DNA of 64,000 bases, taken from positions 18,910,001 to 18,974,000 of the forward strand of contig JBHGNT010000015.1 in NCBI GenBank assembly GCA_043228905.1, read 5' to 3'. A model generated the notes under the pieces. The model was not told the origin of the DNA. It saw nothing but the letters and a program-made list of their open reading frames with translations, and did no database searches. The position numbers and the translations under genes were made by a program. How positions within the stretch are numbered: position 1 is the stretch's first letter; each line of letters begins with the position of its first letter. This stretch comes from Azolla caroliniana (lineage: Eukaryota > Plantae > Polypodiophyta). Positions 61,237-64,000 of the stretch are shown here, piece after piece.

Positions 61237-63171
61237 GTAAGTATTGTTTGATCTCTCTTTTCCCTTTTTTTGTTCATATTTTAGATGTTGAATGCTTCTC
61301 TTTTTTGTTTTGCTAACAAGGCTATGAGGCTTGTGCTAATTCATGTGCTAACAAGGCTATGATGTATGCTAATTCATGTTGATTTATCCCTTTTTCTTGC
61401 AAACATGGTAACAATGTACAAAGGGAAATCTTTCATGCTTGTATGACTCATAAGGAAACACTATTCATCAGGGTGCTAGATATCTATCAGTCAACCATAG
61501 GGAAATATGCTATATACGTCACAAAAAACAGTGAAATTTATTGCAAACATGTTTAAAACACTCAAACCATCATATCTGAAAATTGAAGTAAGGGGATTAA
61601 AGTATTTTTAGAAACGACCTGTTTGAAGTATAACAAACTTGCATTCAGTTTCCTAATTGTACATTTGTGATAAACCTAAACTATGCATGCACTGTTGTCA
61701 AAGTGCTGTAAATATCCTATATGTTGTCTCTCATATTTGAAGTTCTGGATGCGTATGTTTTTACATTCCAACTTGTTTGTATGTCTTCTCTTGTGCTTTA
61801 CAGTTTGGTTCGCGTCAGTTTACTAAATTATCAGTGATGATTCCTTTAGTGTCTGGTGTGCGCTGCTGTCATAGAAAGGGTTTCAAAGCATATGTTGTAA
61901 TACCTAAGAATTCTCATTGCCCAACATGATGTTTTGTTAATTCAATCAACTTATTAAACTGGTAGTGGCATTTGTCTAGGTTATTTGACCCATCCAAGAT
62001 CTCATTACATTATACATATGTCCCTATCTGCAAATATGCACACTAAGCCTGAAAACAAACCCTGGAAAACCTTGTTAATATTATGATAATGTGTGTTTTG
62101 ACCTTAGAATAAGAAGTTCCAATAACATAAGGAATCTTCTCTTTGTATTTTTATTTATTTACAAATGCTAGATTGTGCCTTAGATGGTTGATGTGCTCTC
62201 CAGGGATTTGTGAATTCCCTATTAAGGTTATATTTGTTTTTACCTTTTCATTTCTTGATTGCGCTTTAGATGGTGTCTGTTCTCGTTGTTAGAGATCTCC
62301 CATTAACATTGTCTGATTTATGCATATTGTCTTCGTTTGGTTTTAAAATTAAACATTATTGCTAGCATATCTTTCTCTATTGTATGATGAGTTAAAAATA
62401 ATTGTAGCATTGTCAAGTGTCTCCTTGAATCCTAACATCACTAGGGCATCTCATCCCATGCCAATGATGAATATAAACACGTTTTGGAACTTTCAAAGAC
62501 AAAAATTACAATATATTTGACTTGAGAATCTTACATGTATCAATGACGAGATACTTTAGTCATGTCTTACACTATTTCTATTTACTTAGTTATATTTATT
62601 TTGGTTTGTTGTTCTGAGGTAATCTCTTGTTTAGTCTTATGGGTCATTTTGGCCTCTTAAAATTCAGTGTATCTCTCTCTCCCTTGGTGGAAACACACAA
62701 TTATATTAATAAATGTGTGAAAAACACTATAATTATACCACAACTGAGTGGTATCAACCGCAATATGGATATTGGGACATGCTAAATTGCCAATAGGCAG
62801 GACACATACTCCATCAAGGAAAGAATTTTGATTTTCTCCAATAAACACAATTGCCACATCAATTCTACCTTCAACTTTGCTCTAATTCCATGCCCATCAT
62901 CAAATACAAATGCATTGGATGTATCCATATTTTGAAGACAAAAGCTATAATATATCTAACTTGTGAATCTTACATTTGCCGAAAACCATATTGTTTAGTC
63001 TCTTTTTATCTTATTTACTTTTATATTTAGTTAGTAATATTTATTTTATTTTGATTTCTTGTTCTCAAAGACAAGACAACACTTAAGATGTAATCTCTTG
63101 TTTGGTCTTATAGGCTATTTTGACCTCTTAAAAGACATTAATATATCTTTCTTTCTTTCTTCTCTCTCTCT

Positions 63172-63312
63172 CATTCATTGGTAAAGTTCTTAAACATCGA
63201 GAGTCGCTACTCACTTTCACACGTATCAGGTGAAATGTAATATTTTTGGTCTCATGGGTCATATTTGACCTCCGAAGACAATAATATAATCTACCTATCT
63301 ATCTATCTATCT
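63172..63312 (+). mobile_element. 5'-truncated 3' end of the RTE-like LINE
   Basis: Matches about 14602-14733 including the (CTAT)n tail; candidate TSD TCTCTCATT at 63167-63175 and 63315-63323. Confidence 0.85.
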
Positions 63313-64000
63313 CATCTCTCATTGGCATAGAAATGCCTTGTTGCTTCCAATAAAGATTCCCCTCTGAGTCTCATTTCAAGAATAGTGAATGTTTCATCTG
63401 TACATGTGTTTGGGTGTTAACCTATGGATGTTGGCTCATCAAAGTTGGACACCATTTGGGTTGTCAACATCATGTGGATCTTATTGATCATTTGCCATTA
63501 CGTCAAAGAAAGATGAAGATGTACTTGATTGGAGAAGTTCTCTGATCAGAGCTTTGTCTTCATGGGTTGTGTGGAAAATGTCGTTGATGATGTTTGGGTA
63601 AAGTAGTGTGCCCACACCCTCTAGAATAAATCCTTATTGCTTTGAAGACAAAATGTTCTCAAATGTTGTGGTGGTTGGAGAGGAAATTTTCAATATTCAA
63701 TATATGTAGTCCAATTCCATCACTAATCTATCCAGAAAGAGAAAGATCCAAATGCAATTCCGTGTATGTTTCAAACTTCCCTGCAATCAGTTGACTGGGA
63801 TTGTTTTGGATTCACTAGGCATCCTTGTAATCAGGTGTCCATTCCATTGTATCGATACTCTTAAATATTCCAAAAGTTTCCATCACAGTAGGATCTGCAT
63901 TATATTCTGAGCTTGGATTTTGGTGTCTTCCGCATTTAGTTTGGATGTGTGACATGCTCATTGGGTAATTCGCTATGTTGCAATTTTTTAGCGTAATCTG

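Noticed and set aside
63330-64000. NIPA exon 3
   Set aside because: No segment encoding the expected IVGEIANFAAY-like peptide behind an AG; the region looks like decayed repeat.

Overview
Eukaryotic land-plant nuclear DNA; the retroelement lineages suggest a non-seed plant such as a fern (inference). There are three host genes, all on +: an 11-exon gamma-tubulin (15954-22814, about 470 aa), a 3-exon R2R3-MYB (about 32780-34395) and the first two exons of a NIPA-type Mg2+ transporter (60907 onward). Most of the rest is transposon-derived. Bases 1-10054 are four nested LTR elements, all on the minus strand: a Met-primed copia inside a Trp-primed gypsy-like element, inside a second Trp-primed relative, inside an older copia. 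Also present are an intact young Tnt1-like copia (34662-40370, TSD ATTAT), a full-length decayed chromovirus (49151-54911, TSD ATGGG), RTE-like and L1 LINEs, a tRNA-derived SINE and two hAT-type MITEs. The chromovirus is the most striking object: it has no tRNA PBS but an exact 11-nt self-priming complement at its predicted transcription start, a phased heat-shock-element array and a tRNA-like A/B-box module in U3. A similar tRNA-like module sits in U3 of the unrelated Trp-primed LTR, whose gag-protease ORF ends in a G_GAU_UUU_UAA slippery site. All coordinates and identities were read by eye; no database search was run.
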